64,000 bases of DNA from Acidobacteriota bacterium (GCA_019244185.1 JAFATB010000015.1:1-64000); one strand, 5' to 3'. Counted from the first letter of the stretch, positions 37,772 through 50,402 are shown. Numbers and translations are program-made. The notes: a model not told the origin generated them from the letters alone.

Positions 37772-39900
37772 TACTTCAACTCCACCCCATCCAACTCATA
37801 CGGCGCCTTCACTCCCAGCTGCCCCAGCACGGTTGGGTAGATATCGCCGATATAGGGCGCGCGGTTGGTGGCGAGCTTGCGGTTGGTGAAGAAGATGCCT
37901 TTCACGATCTCGGGGTCGACGGAGCAGTGGTCGCCGCTCCACACCGCTTTGTTCGGCTCGAAGACTTCCTTCGGGACGCCGCCGAGCGAGGTTTGCCAGG
38001 AGACGCGGTAGCCATTGTTGTTCATGACGAAGAGGTCGGGGATCATGTTCGGGTCGAACTTCTTGTACGCCTCTTCGCGTGCGAGGACGCGGCGGACCGG
38101 GTGCTGGCCGGTGGCGGGATCCACCATGGCCACGAGCTTCGTTTTCAATTCCTGTTTGAGCGCGTCGTATTCGGGGCCGGGATTCACGATGCCGTGCGCC
38201 TCGCGGCCTTTGAGGTTGATGTAGACCTCGCCGAGTCCCATCGCGTACGCGCGCGTCTTCGACCAGTCGACGTTCTCCCAGAACTGTCCGGAGTCGAAGA
38301 GCATTTCGACGTTGCGCTCCTTCACCTGCACGCCGCTCTTGAGCGTCATGTAGCCGTTGAGCACGAGCCAGGTGTTGTAGTGGACGTGCGTGCGGAACGA
38401 CGCGAAGCCGTGGTCGGAGACGACGTAAAGCGTCGCGTGTTGTTTCTCCGCGGCGGCCATCGCATCGCCGACGATGCTGTCCATCAGCTGATACGCGCGC
38501 AGAAGCGCGTCGCCCCACTTCGCGGCGAGCTTCGGATCGTAGGCGGGGTGCGTCGGATCGACGACGCGCCAGAACACGTGGCCGACGCGATCGGGGAATT
38601 CGAAGCACTGCACCACGAGATCGTCGCCGCGGCCGAGGAACGAGCCGAACATCTTCCGCGACTGATTCACCGTCCACGTCATGTCGTCCCAGAAGATCTG
38701 CTCGGTGGCGAAGCCCTCGGAGATCGCCCACGTGTCGATCTGCCAGCCGAGCGTCTTGTAGAGGCCGAGGTCTTTCGCGACCTGCGGCGCCCAATTCACG
38801 GGCGTCGAGACGCGGAAGCCCGGCGGCAGGTTGCGCGGATCGAAGTTGATCGGCGAGAGATACAGCTTGATCTCCGGCTGCGAGGAGATGAGGTGAAAAC
38901 GACTGATTCCGTGGATCTTGATCAGCGGATTGAAGGGGAAAACGAAGTCCACCCAGCCGGTCCACTGCCCCGGTTTGAGGGTGAACTTCTGGCCGCTCAC
39001 GGCGATGTCGATCGAGTTGCGATCGTTCGCGACGGTGACGGTCATCGGGATGGAGATGAACGGCGGATCGTTGAACAGTTTGTTCGGCGGTCCCTGAATC
39101 TGCGTTTGGATGACGCCTTTGTTGTCCTCGAGCTGGACGACCTCGATGGAGAATTCATTCGATCCGCTGCCGCCGGCCGGTTTGAAGTCGAGCTCGGACG
39201 TGAAGTAGAACGGCTTGCCGACGCGGCCGGAGACGTCGGGCACGCCGAGGCCGGAGAGCATGTGCCCTTCGTCGAAGTCGGTCGCGGGGAACGTGACGGG
39301 CACGTGGACGATGGTCGCCTTCTTCCCCGCTTTCGACGCCGCGTCCCAGAACGGGATGCCCTGCCTGCGGTTGATGACGCCGGGACGCGTCACCGGGATG
39401 TACTTCTTCACGGCGACGAACATCCCTGCCGCGAGCACGACGCCGATGACGATGGCGATCGACGCGCCGGCGCGCCGGCGCAGCGCAAACAGAATCGCGG
39501 CGATGATGACGAAGAGCAGCGCGACGCCGCCCGCAAATGCGATCGGATTGCGCTCGCCGAGGAGAAACGGTTCTTTCGTCTCGTCGAAGGCGGCGAAGAC
39601 GGGCAGGTACGTTTTCGGATCGCGGCGGAGGAAGTCGAAGATGCCGGTGCGGCCGGGATCGATGCCGGTGCTGAACGTCGACCACGACACCGGCGTCTGC
39701 GCGGGCGTCGTCGGCAGGAGCGGACGGAACGTTCCTTCCGCGCGCAGGCGCGCGAGATTCGGCAGTTTCCCCTCGTTCATCCAGCGTTCGGTGTAGCCGG
39801 CATCGACGCCGTCGAAGCCGAGCACGATCACTTTCTGCTGCGCGTACGTGGCCGCGGCGCCGAGGAGCGCGGCGAGGAGGATCAGTCGTCGGAAAAGCAT
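37771..39900 (-). CDS. Alkaline phosphatase superfamily (type I phosphodiesterase-like) protein with TM insert
   Basis: LGFDG, TPVSWSTFSTG, DRVGH, SDHGF, SGDH. Confidence 0.88.
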   Translation of the reverse strand: MLFRRLILLAALLGAAATYAQQKVIVLGFDGVDAGYTERWMNEGKLPNLARLRAEGTFRPLLPTTPAQTPVSWSTFSTGIDPGRTGIFDFLRRDPKTYLPVFAAFDETKEPFLLGERNPIAFAGGVALLFVIIAAILFALRRRAGASIAIVIGVVLAAGMFVAVKKYIPVTRPGVINRRQGIPFWDAASKAGKKATIVHVPVTFPATDFDEGHMLSGLGVPDVSGRVGKPFYFTSELDFKPAGGSGSNEFSIEVVQLEDNKGVIQTQIQGPPNKLFNDPPFISIPMTVTVANDRNSIDIAVSGQKFTLKPGQWTGWVDFVFPFNPLIKIHGISRFHLISSQPEIKLYLSPINFDPRNLPPGFRVSTPVNWAPQVAKDLGLYKTLGWQIDTWAISEGFATEQIFWDDMTWTVNQSRKMFGSFLGRGDDLVVQCFEFPDRVGHVFWRVVDPTHPAYDPKLAAKWGDALLRAYQLMDSIVGDAMAAAEKQHATLYVVSDHGFASFRTHVHYNTWLVLNGYMTLKSGVQVKERNVEMLFDSGQFWENVDWSKTRAYAMGLGEVYINLKGREAHGIVNPGPEYDALKQELKTKLVAMVDPATGQHPVRRVLAREEAYKKFDPNMIPDLFVMNNNGYRVSWQTSLGGVPKEVFEPNKAVWSGDHCSVDPEIVKGIFFTNRKLATNRAPYIGDIYPTVLGQLGVKAPYELDGVELK

Positions 39901-39964
39901 CGCGCGTCATCATAGCGGGTTGAGGTACGCTCCTTGTAACGCGCACATCGGAGGAGTTAACACG

Positions 39965-41515
39965 ATGAAAACTCGCCAGTTCCTCGCGGCCGCGATCGCC
40001 GCGACTCTCATGCTGGCCTGCGGCGGCAGCGGAGAAAAGAAATCAGGCGGCGCCGCGGACACCAACCGTCTCGTCACGATGCTGATGAGCAGCCCGACGA
40101 ATCTCGATTCTCGCGTCGGCAACGACAACGCCTCGGGGCGCATCGCCGATCTCGCCTACAGCGGCTTGATCAAAGTGACGCCGGAGCTCGACTACGCGCC
40201 CGACATCGCGCAGAGCTGGGAAACGCCCGACGACAAGACGATCGTCTTCCACCTCAATCCGAACGCGAAGTTTCAGGACGGCCGCCCCGTCACCGCGGAA
40301 GATGTGAAGTGGACGTACGACTCGCTGCGCGATCCGAACTTCACGTCGTCGAAGAAATCGGGCTACGCCGTCGTGCAGTCGATCGAGGCGGCGAATCCGC
40401 AGACCGTCATCTTCCATCTCTCCGAACCGAACGGCGGCATCTTCGACAACCTCACGCTCGGCATCCTGCCGAAAGGCTTCGACGCGAACACCGCGAAGAC
40501 GAAGCCGGTCACCGCGGGGCCGTACAAGATCGTCGACTTCCGCACGGACGAAGTCGTGGAGCTCGAGGCGTTCGACGGCTGGCACGGCGGCGCGCCGAAG
40601 ATCAAGCACATCACCGTGCGCATCATCCCTGACGACACGACGCGTGTCCTCGAGCTGCGGCGCGGCACGATCGACCTCGAGACGAATGCGATTCCGTTCG
40701 AGAACGTCGCCGAGTTCGAGAAAGACGGCAAGCATCAGGTCATCAAGAAGCCCGGCTCGGTGTGGCAGTACCTCGCCTTCAATCTGAAGGATCCGATCCT
40801 CTCGAAGGTCGAAGTGCGCCGCGCGATCGCGCACGCGATCGACCGCGACCGCATCGTGCGTGACCTTCTGCGCGGCCACGGCGTGCCGACCGACTCGATG
40901 TTCGCGCAGGGACACTGGGCGCGCGCGGAGAACCTGCCGACGTATCCGTACGATCCGGCCAAGGCGAAGCAGCTCCTCGATCAGGCGGGCTACAAGGATC
41001 CCGACGGCGAAGGTCCGCAGATGCGCTTCTCGGTCACGTTCAAGACGTCGACGAACGCGGAATCGAACCAGCGCGCGGAGATGATCCAGCAGATGCTGCG
41101 GCAGGTCGGCATCGACATGAAGATCCAGTCGAGCGAGACCGGCGCGTTCCTCGAGGACATCGGCAAGGGCAACTTCCAGATGTACTCGTTCACGCGAAAC
41201 GGCATCCAGGATCCCGACTTTTACTCGATCATCTTCTACTCGAAGAACTTCCCGCCCGAGGGGCAGAACCGCGGGTATTACAGCAACCCGCGCGTCGATC
41301 AGCTGATCGTCGAAGGACGGTCCACATTCGACCGCGCGAAGCGCAAACAGATCTATGGCGAGATCCAGCGCATCGTGCAGGAAGACCTGCCGTACGTCTC
41401 GCTGTACCACCAGGTCAACGTCGCGGTGATGGACAAGGACGTGCAGGGTTACGTGATGTATCCGGCGGGCTTCCTGTTGTCGCTGCCGCAGATGAGCCGC
41501 AAGCCGCAGCAGTGA
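39965..41515 (+). CDS. Peptide/nickel ABC substrate-binding lipoprotein (family 5)
   Basis: Lipobox MLAC; AKFQDG.PVTAEDV, GPYK, VRRAIAHAIDR; GGAGG RBS. Confidence 0.92.
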   Translation: MKTRQFLAAAIAATLMLACGGSGEKKSGGAADTNRLVTMLMSSPTNLDSRVGNDNASGRIADLAYSGLIKVTPELDYAPDIAQSWETPDDKTIVFHLNPNAKFQDGRPVTAEDVKWTYDSLRDPNFTSSKKSGYAVVQSIEAANPQTVIFHLSEPNGGIFDNLTLGILPKGFDANTAKTKPVTAGPYKIVDFRTDEVVELEAFDGWHGGAPKIKHITVRIIPDDTTRVLELRRGTIDLETNAIPFENVAEFEKDGKHQVIKKPGSVWQYLAFNLKDPILSKVEVRRAIAHAIDRDRIVRDLLRGHGVPTDSMFAQGHWARAENLPTYPYDPAKAKQLLDQAGYKDPDGEGPQMRFSVTFKTSTNAESNQRAEMIQQMLRQVGIDMKIQSSETGAFLEDIGKGNFQMYSFTRNGIQDPDFYSIIFYSKNFPPEGQNRGYYSNPRVDQLIVEGRSTFDRAKRKQIYGEIQRIVQEDLPYVSLYHQVNVAVMDKDVQGYVMYPAGFLLSLPQMSRKPQQ

Positions 41516-41523
41516 GGCGGGAG

Positions 41524-41558
41524 TGCACCTCGACGCGCGGGCCGCGCGTCGAGGTGCA
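41524..41558. terminator. Perfect inverted repeat between convergent genes
   Basis: TGCACCTCGACGCGCGG-G-CCGCGCGTCGAGGTGCA (17-bp arms); no U-tract. Confidence 0.65.
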
Positions 41559-41570
41559 GCAGAGATTCGA

Positions 41571-42587
41571 TCAGTACGGGCCGCAGACGGTGTCGATCAG
41601 CATCGCGCAGACTTCATACGGGTCCATGTTCGCGGCGGGACGGCGGTCTTCGAAGTAGCCGTAGCCGAGGTTCGAGGTGGCCATCGGAATGCGCACGGAA
41701 GCGCCGCGGTCGCTGATGCCGTAGCGGAACTGATGGATCGGCGCGGTCTCGTGCATGCCGGTGAGACGCTCCTCGTTGTACGCGCCGTAGACCTTGATGT
41801 GGTCGTCGTGGCGCTTCTCGAGTTTGCGCATCGCCTCTTCGATGATCTTCATGCCGCCGGGCTGGCGCATCGCCTTCGTGGAGAAGTTCGTGTGCGCGCC
41901 GGCGCCGTTCCAGTCGCCCTTGACCGGCTTCGGATACAGCGTCGCGCTGATGCCAAAGTCCTCGCCGATGCGGTACAGCAACCAGCGCGCGAGCCACAGC
42001 TCGTCCGCGACGTCCAGCGGTCCGAGCGCGCCGATCTGGAACTCCCACTGCGCCGGCATCACTTCCGCGTTCGTGCCGACGATGTGGATGCCGGCCCGGA
42101 TGCAGGCGTCGGCGTGCGCCTCGACGATGTCGCGTCCGAAGACTTCATCGCTGCCGACGCCGCAGTAGTAGCCGCCCTGCGGCGCCGGGAACCCGTGATC
42201 GGGCCAGCCCATCGGACGGTTCCCTTCGAAGAGCGTGTACTCCTGCTCGATGCCGAACCACGCGTCTTCGTCCGCATACTTTTCCGAGATCTGCCGCAGG
42301 TTCGCGCGCGTGTTGCTCCAGTGCACGGAGCCGTCGGGATTGAGCACCTCGCACAGGACGAGGATGTCGTTCTCGCGATGGAGCGGATCGGCGACGTGTT
42401 TGACGGGACGCAGCAGCAGGTCGCTGAAGTGACCGGTGGCCTGCGAGGTGCTCGAGCCGTCGTATCCCCACTCGGGGATGTCGTCGAGGCGCTTGACCGG
42501 CGCGTCGAGGATTTTGGTCTTCGAGCGAAGCTTCGCCGTCGGCTTCTGTCCGTCGATCCAGATGTACTCAGCGGTGATTTTGGACAC
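41571..42587 (-). CDS. glnII: Glutamine synthetase type II
   Basis: AEYIWIDG, LRSKTK, WGYDGSST, GIEQEY, NAEVMPAQWEFQIG, DWNGAGAHTNFST, EDRRP; about 338 aa; AGGAGG RBS before GTG 42587. Confidence 0.93.
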   Translation of the reverse strand: MSKITAEYIWIDGQKPTAKLRSKTKILDAPVKRLDDIPEWGYDGSSTSQATGHFSDLLLRPVKHVADPLHRENDILVLCEVLNPDGSVHWSNTRANLRQISEKYADEDAWFGIEQEYTLFEGNRPMGWPDHGFPAPQGGYYCGVGSDEVFGRDIVEAHADACIRAGIHIVGTNAEVMPAQWEFQIGALGPLDVADELWLARWLLYRIGEDFGISATLYPKPVKGDWNGAGAHTNFSTKAMRQPGGMKIIEEAMRKLEKRHDDHIKVYGAYNEERLTGMHETAPIHQFRYGISDRGASVRIPMATSNLGYGYFEDRRPAANMDPYEVCAMLIDTVCGPY

Positions 42588-42684
42588 GCAAATACCTCCT
42601 ACGGTTGATGGGAATCGACCAGGGGAAATGGGGAATACTGCGGATGTTCGAAGATAGCAGAAAGCGGGCCGTGAAGGCGGGCGG

Positions 42685-43836
42685 CTAGAGCTTTTCCGAG
42701 AGCTCGCCGCCCGCGGCGGGTGCGAGCGTCTCGTCCCACACCACGACCTGATTCTTGCCCAGCGACTTCGCGCGGTACATGGCGATGTCGGCGCGGCGCA
42801 GCAACTCGCTCTTCTCGAGCTCGATCGACGTCGACGGCTGTGCGCCGGGCACGTAGCGCGCGACGCCGATCGACACCGTGAGCACGCCGCGCAGATGCAG
42901 CGCCGGCATGCTGAAGCCCCACTCGCGGTCGAGGAACGAGGTCGACTCGACGGTGCGCCGCACTTCCTCGCAGATGCGCAGCCCTTCATCGAGCGTCATG
43001 TCGGGCAGGATCATCACGAACTCGTCGCCGCCGTAGCGCGCGACGGTCGCGTCGCCGCGCTGCACGATGCGTTTGAGGAGGAACCCGACTTCGCGCAGCA
43101 CCTGGCTGCCGGCGAGATGGCCGTGGCAGTCGTTCACCCACTTGAAGCGATCGAGATCGAGAAACAGCAGCACCGCCTCGCGGCCGCTCTTGCGCGCTTC
43201 CGCGAGCGTCTCGGTCATCCGCACGTGGAACCAGCGGTCGTTGTAGAGGCCGGTCAGGTCGTCTTTCTTCGCCAGCTCGTGCGCGCGTTTCGCGTCGAGC
43301 GCGTTCTGCAGCGTGAAGGAGGTGTAGCCGGCGAAGATCTCGAGGAGCGTCATGTCGCGGCGCGTGAAGCTCTTTCCTTCCAGCCGGTTGATCAGCTCGA
43401 GGACGCCGCAGACGTGCTTGCCGATGTAAACCGGCACGGCCACGACGGAGTGCGTCTTGTGGCCGATCTGCTCGTCGATGTTGCCGTAGAAGTATTCATC
43501 CTTCTCGACGTCCGCCGAGAGATACGGAGTGCCGGATTGATAGACGCGGCCGACGATGCCGTGCTCGGCGGAGAGGCGCTGGCCGACGAGGTTCCGCGCG
43601 GAGTCGCCGAACGTGGCGATGAAGACGAGCTCGTTCTCTTTGCGCGAGGCGACTTTGCGGAACGGGTCGTCGAGCAGGATCGAGCCGGACTCGGACGGCA
43701 CGAACTCGTTCGCCTTCTGCAGGATCTGGCGGAGCACGAGGTCGAGGTCGACCTCGTTCCGCAGCGAGAGCCCCGCCTTATGCCGCTCGAGAAAGCGTTC
43801 CAACTGGGGAATCTCGAGGGAATGGAACTGGATCAT
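42685..43836 (-). CDS. GAF-GGDEF diguanylate cyclase
   Basis: DDLTGLYN, DLDRFK.VND..GH, RYGGDEF; N-terminal GAF. Confidence 0.93.
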   Translation of the reverse strand: MIQFHSLEIPQLERFLERHKAGLSLRNEVDLDLVLRQILQKANEFVPSESGSILLDDPFRKVASRKENELVFIATFGDSARNLVGQRLSAEHGIVGRVYQSGTPYLSADVEKDEYFYGNIDEQIGHKTHSVVAVPVYIGKHVCGVLELINRLEGKSFTRRDMTLLEIFAGYTSFTLQNALDAKRAHELAKKDDLTGLYNDRWFHVRMTETLAEARKSGREAVLLFLDLDRFKWVNDCHGHLAGSQVLREVGFLLKRIVQRGDATVARYGGDEFVMILPDMTLDEGLRICEEVRRTVESTSFLDREWGFSMPALHLRGVLTVSIGVARYVPGAQPSTSIELEKSELLRRADIAMYRAKSLGKNQVVVWDETLAPAAGGELSEKL

Positions 43837-43852
43837 GGCCCGAAGAGGGCCA

Positions 43853-44227
43853 TTATAAGGACTCTTCCTCCGCCGCCCACGCCTCGACTTCGAACGAGAT
43901 CAGCCGGTACGCCCGGTTGACGTCGCGCACGCGCCACCAGTGGCGCACGAACTCGGCCGCGTAACGCGCGAGAAATCCGAGGAGTCCGTGGCGGTTCACC
44001 TGCCGCACGTGGACGAGCTCGTGACGCAGCAGTTTCTCCAGTTTCGCGCCGGTCATCGCGCCGCGGAGAAAGATGCGGCGGCCGAGTGTGATGGCGATGA
44101 CGTCGCCGGCGAGAAACGGCCGCAGCCACCACGGGTAGCCTAAGCGGATCTTCGCGCGCGTCTCCGCGATGGCGGACGTCAGGCGCTCCGGAAAGATGTG
44201 GTGCTCGCCTCCTGTCATGTCAGGCAT
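43853..44227 (-). CDS. Small HExxH protein (DUF4157/eCIS-core-like)
   Basis: AITLG..IF, LLRHELVHVRQ, FEVEA. Confidence 0.75.
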   Translation of the reverse strand: MPDMTGGEHHIFPERLTSAIAETRAKIRLGYPWWLRPFLAGDVIAITLGRRIFLRGAMTGAKLEKLLRHELVHVRQVNRHGLLGFLARYAAEFVRHWWRVRDVNRAYRLISFEVEAWAAEEESL

Positions 44228-44266
44228 GCCGCGCCGATTTTAATCCTTCTTTCCGGAGCGCAGGAG

Positions 44267-44740
44267 TCAGTCGCGCGCGGCGCGCTTCTTCAGCGACAGC
44301 GTGAGCGCGAACGTCGCCACCGGCTCGTCGCCGAGCTTCGACGGCACGGTGGCGGTGACGTGCACGGTCGCTTCCTGCCGCTCGCCCGTTTCGAGCGTGC
44401 GCCGCAAGAGCTCCTGAATCACCGCTCCGTCGTCATTCGTGAAGTGCACGTCCCCCTCGGCGCGCTTCAGGAACTCCGCCTTCAGGTCCTTGAAGATGAA
44501 GTTCACGCGCTCGCGGCGGTCGGCGACGAGCTTGAAGGCGATGAGACCGGCGGCGACGTCCGCGCCCATGCAGAGCGTGCCGAGGTACATCGCGTGGATG
44601 TCGCGGCGGCGCGTGCGCCAGTTGAGCGGGATGCGCACGACGCAGCGGTCGGCGCTGAGCTCGAGGATCTTCGGAGAGGCCAGCCACAGAAAGAAGACGT
44701 TCTGCAGCGACCAGAGGCGGACCATCGTGGTCGGTTTCAT
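44267..44740 (-). CDS. Hot-dog fold thioesterase-like protein (DUF4442/YiiD-like)
   Basis: C-terminal part of ORF 44267..45085: AMYLG...GAD, FLKRAEGD. Confidence 0.75.
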   Translation of the reverse strand: MKPTTMVRLWSLQNVFFLWLASPKILELSADRCVVRIPLNWRTRRRDIHAMYLGTLCMGADVAAGLIAFKLVADRRERVNFIFKDLKAEFLKRAEGDVHFTNDDGAVIQELLRRTLETGERQEATVHVTATVPSKLGDEPVATFALTLSLKKRAARD

Positions 44741-44748
44741 ACGGCGAT

Positions 44749-47307
<2,559 letters not shown>

Positions 47308-47389
47308 GGCGTATGTACGGACAGAATGCCACGGCGGATGACGCACCGCCAGACCGGCCGCGTGACGGACTCCGCGCGCGACGGCAACC

Positions 47390-48166
47390 TTACCGTTTCA
47401 CTTTGTCACGATCGAGCCTCCGCCGCGCGTACGGCACGGTGGCGCGGTCGAAGAGCGCGTCGGGCAGCACGCGCAGCAGGCGCACGAGGAGCGACATCGG
47501 ACGCGGGAACTCGATGACGCGCTTTCCCTTCGCGAGACCGTTCGCGATCGCGAGCGCGGCATCGTCGGCGTTCATGAGGAACGGCATGCGGAAGCGGTTC
47601 TTCTCCGTCATCGGCGTGGCCACGAAACCGGGATTCACGATCGCGACGCGCACGCCGTACGGCCGCAGCTCCACGCGCGCGGCCTCGAGGAAGTTCTGCA
47701 TCGCGGCTTTGCTCGCCGAATACGAGCCCGCGCCCGGCAGTCCACGCAGACCGGCGAGCGACGCGACGCCGGCGAACGTGCCCGTGCGGCGCTCCATCAT
47801 CGAGCGGATCACGGCGTCGTAGAGATAGAGCATGCCGTGGTAGTTCACGTTCATGATCAGCTCCGCGTCGGCGAGGCTGAACGTCGCCGCGGAGTTGGGA
47901 ACGCTGACGCCGGCGTTCGCGACCGCGAGATCGATCGGACCGAGGTCGCGCTCCGCGCGCGCGACGGCGTCGTGCACGGACGCGCGGTCCGTGACGTCGC
48001 ACGCGATCGGCAATGCGCGACCGCCGCGCGCGTTGATGTCGCGGGCGAGCGCGTCGAGCAGTGCCTCGCGGCGCGCGAGCAATGCGACCGCGTAGCCGCG
48101 CCGCGCCAGTTCGCGCGCGAGCGCGTGGCCGATGCCGGAGGACGCACCGGTGAGGACCGCGTTCAT
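47390..48166 (-). CDS. Short-chain dehydrogenase/reductase
   Basis: TGASSGIG, NAG, YSASK, PGFVAT; start overlaps the ligD stop. Confidence 0.92.
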   Translation of the reverse strand: MNAVLTGASSGIGHALARELARRGYAVALLARREALLDALARDINARGGRALPIACDVTDRASVHDAVARAERDLGPIDLAVANAGVSVPNSAATFSLADAELIMNVNYHGMLYLYDAVIRSMMERRTGTFAGVASLAGLRGLPGAGSYSASKAAMQNFLEAARVELRPYGVRVAIVNPGFVATPMTEKNRFRMPFLMNADDAALAIANGLAKGKRVIEFPRPMSLLVRLLRVLPDALFDRATVPYARRRLDRDKVKR

Positions 48167-49950
48167 TTCAGTTGCGGCAGTTCGACGCCGCCGGTCAGCA
48201 CCGGCTCGAAGAGATCGCCGACTTTCGCGAGGCGCTTCGGCATCGTGCGGATCGTGAACTTCAGCGGATCGAGCTTCTTCGTGACCTCGCTCCACTTGAG
48301 CGGCGCGGAGACCGGCGCGCCGTCGATCGCGCGCGGCGAGTACGGCGCGACGACGGTCTTGCCGTAGCCGTTCTGCATGCAGTCGAGATAGAGCCGCCCG
48401 CGCCGTTTGGCGAGACTGCGCTCGACGGTGATGCCGGGGACGCGCGCCGCGACGGCCGCGGCGATCGAGCACGCAAAGTCCGCGACCTCTTCGTGCGTGT
48501 AGCCGCTCGCGAGCGGGATCAGCACGTGGATGCCGCGTTTGCCCGAGGTCTTCGGCACGCTCGGCAGCTCGAGGTTCTCGAGCAGCTTGCGCATCACGAT
48601 CGCGGCGTCGAGCGCCTGCTCGAAACCCTTCCCTTTCGCGGGATCGAGATCGAACAGCAGCCAGTCCGGCTCGTCGAGACTCGCGCCGCGCGACGACCAC
48701 ATGTGCACCGTCAGCACCGACATCTGCGCGAGCCAGCGCAGCGCTTCCACGCTGTCGACGACGAGATGCTTCACGGTCTGGCGGCTCACCGTGCGCGTCG
48801 GCGTCTCGATGACGGTCAGCCAGTCCGCGCCTTCCTTGCCGATGTTCTGGTGGAACCACGACGGGCGGTCGATGCCCTGGTTCCAGTGCTCGAGCGCGAG
48901 CGGGCGGTCGGCGAGCGCGCGCAACATCGGCTCGGCGACGGCCTCGTAGTAGTCGGCGATGTGCTGCTTGGTGATGCCGTCGCGCGGATAGAGCACGCGT
49001 TCCGGATGCGAGAGCGTGACTTTCTGCGCCGTTTCCTTGACCACGTCGTTGACCGCCTTGTCTTCGCGGAGGCCGAGGAAGGAAGGATGCCGCAGGCGGT
49101 TGTCCGACGTCCACTCCGTGAACGCGACCTGCGCCACGAGCCGCGGCTTCACCCACGTCGCGGTCTTGATGCGTGGCGCGTCGACGACGGGCGCTTTCGC
49201 GACGATGTCCTTCGCGAGCTGCTCGCGCAGTTGCGCGCGCAGCTTCAGCGAGAAGCCGGTGCCCACTTTGCCCGCGTAGCGCAGCACGCCTTTGTCGTTG
49301 AAGCCGAGATGCAGCGAGCCGATCTCGCGCTCGCTGGCGGTGCTCGGCTGCCAGCCGACGATCGCGAATTCCTGCTGATGCAGCGTCTTCACCTTCAGCC
49401 ACTCTTTCGAGCGGCGGCCTTCGTACTTCGACGTGTTGCGTTTGGCGATGATCCCTTCCCACCCGCCCGACGCCGCTTTCTGCAGCGCCTTCGTGCCGGT
49501 CATGGCGAGTTTCTCCGCGAGCGCGATGCCGGCGGGCGGTTTCGCGAAGAGTTTCTCGAGCAGCGCGCGGCGCTCTTCGTACGCGCGCTTGCGGAGGTCT
49601 TCGCCGTCGAGCCAGAGGATGTCGAAGATCACGAGGCGTTCGTTGCCGCCCTGCTGCAGCAGCTGAAACCGCGGCGCGCCTTTCGCGTCGAGGACGACGA
49701 CCTCGCCGTCGAGGACGATCTCCTTCGACTTGATCTTCTGCAGCGCGGCGAAGGTGCGCGGGAAGCGCGGCGCGAGATCGAGCTCGTTGCGGCTGAGCAT
49801 CGCGGCCTCGCCGCCGGCGATGGCGCAGACGGCGCGGAAGCCGTCGTATTTCAGTTCGTACGACCACGAGCCGTCGTCCGGCGGCGGCGCTTCGGCGAGC
49901 GTCGCGAGCATCGGCGGGAACACGCGTTTCAAGAGCTGGCGCGGCGTCAT
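48163..49950 (-). CDS. ligD: NHEJ DNA ligase D (ligase plus primase-polymerase domains)
   Basis: ELKYDGFR, LDGE, EGIIAK, WLKVK, GKVGTG, LRHP; then DLDP, KTSGKRGIH, VAPYSPR. Confidence 0.93.
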   Translation of the reverse strand: MTPRQLLKRVFPPMLATLAEAPPPDDGSWSYELKYDGFRAVCAIAGGEAAMLSRNELDLAPRFPRTFAALQKIKSKEIVLDGEVVVLDAKGAPRFQLLQQGGNERLVIFDILWLDGEDLRKRAYEERRALLEKLFAKPPAGIALAEKLAMTGTKALQKAASGGWEGIIAKRNTSKYEGRRSKEWLKVKTLHQQEFAIVGWQPSTASEREIGSLHLGFNDKGVLRYAGKVGTGFSLKLRAQLREQLAKDIVAKAPVVDAPRIKTATWVKPRLVAQVAFTEWTSDNRLRHPSFLGLREDKAVNDVVKETAQKVTLSHPERVLYPRDGITKQHIADYYEAVAEPMLRALADRPLALEHWNQGIDRPSWFHQNIGKEGADWLTVIETPTRTVSRQTVKHLVVDSVEALRWLAQMSVLTVHMWSSRGASLDEPDWLLFDLDPAKGKGFEQALDAAIVMRKLLENLELPSVPKTSGKRGIHVLIPLASGYTHEEVADFACSIAAAVAARVPGITVERSLAKRRGRLYLDCMQNGYGKTVVAPYSPRAIDGAPVSAPLKWSEVTKKLDPLKFTIRTMPKRLAKVGDLFEPVLTGGVELPQLK

Positions 49951-50393
49951 GTGGCAGCGATGATCGGCGGAAGCGGCGCGATGACGCGCACTTCGTCGAA
50001 TCCCTCCTCGAATGTCGGCGGTACGAGCTTGCGGGCGGTGACGTAGACCGCGACGTCCGGCACGCGCGCGTTTCCTTCGCGCAGGCGGTTGCGCGCGACG
50101 GCATCTTTCACGGTCGTCTCGAAAAAGTACGCGACCACGCGCGCGCCGTGGCGTCGGCCGAGCGCGATGAGCGGCGCGCGCACGACGGGCGTCGGATTGG
50201 TGTTGTCGACGACGACGGAACGTCCCGCCGCGAGCGCGCGCGCGATCTCCTGTTCCTGTCTCCCATCGCGGCTCCGCGCGTGCTTCATCAGATCCTTGCT
50301 CACATGCACGTGCGTTGCCGCGAAGTGATCGCGGTAGTACGTCGACTTGCCGGCGGCCTGCAGTCCGACGAAGATGACGAGTTCCAACGGCAT
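49947..50393 (-). CDS. Small P-loop kinase (AAA_33 / polynucleotide-kinase-like)
   Basis: GLQAAGKST, SKD, VVVDNTNP, RN..R lid, EEGFDE; stop overlaps the ligD start. Confidence 0.85.
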   Translation of the reverse strand: MPLELVIFVGLQAAGKSTYYRDHFAATHVHVSKDLMKHARSRDGRQEQEIARALAAGRSVVVDNTNPTPVVRAPLIALGRRHGARVVAYFFETTVKDAVARNRLREGNARVPDVAVYVTARKLVPPTFEEGFDEVRVIAPLPPIIAAT

Positions 50394-50402
50394 CACCAAA
50401 CA

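Noticed and set aside
39922-39937. AGGTACGCTCCTTGTA as a sigma54 promoter for the ABC binding protein
   Set aside because: The -12 element is GT rather than the near-invariant GC
43853-44227. eCIS-core-like gene as evidence of a contractile injection system
   Set aside because: Stand-alone HExxH protein; no sheath, tube or baseplate genes are present
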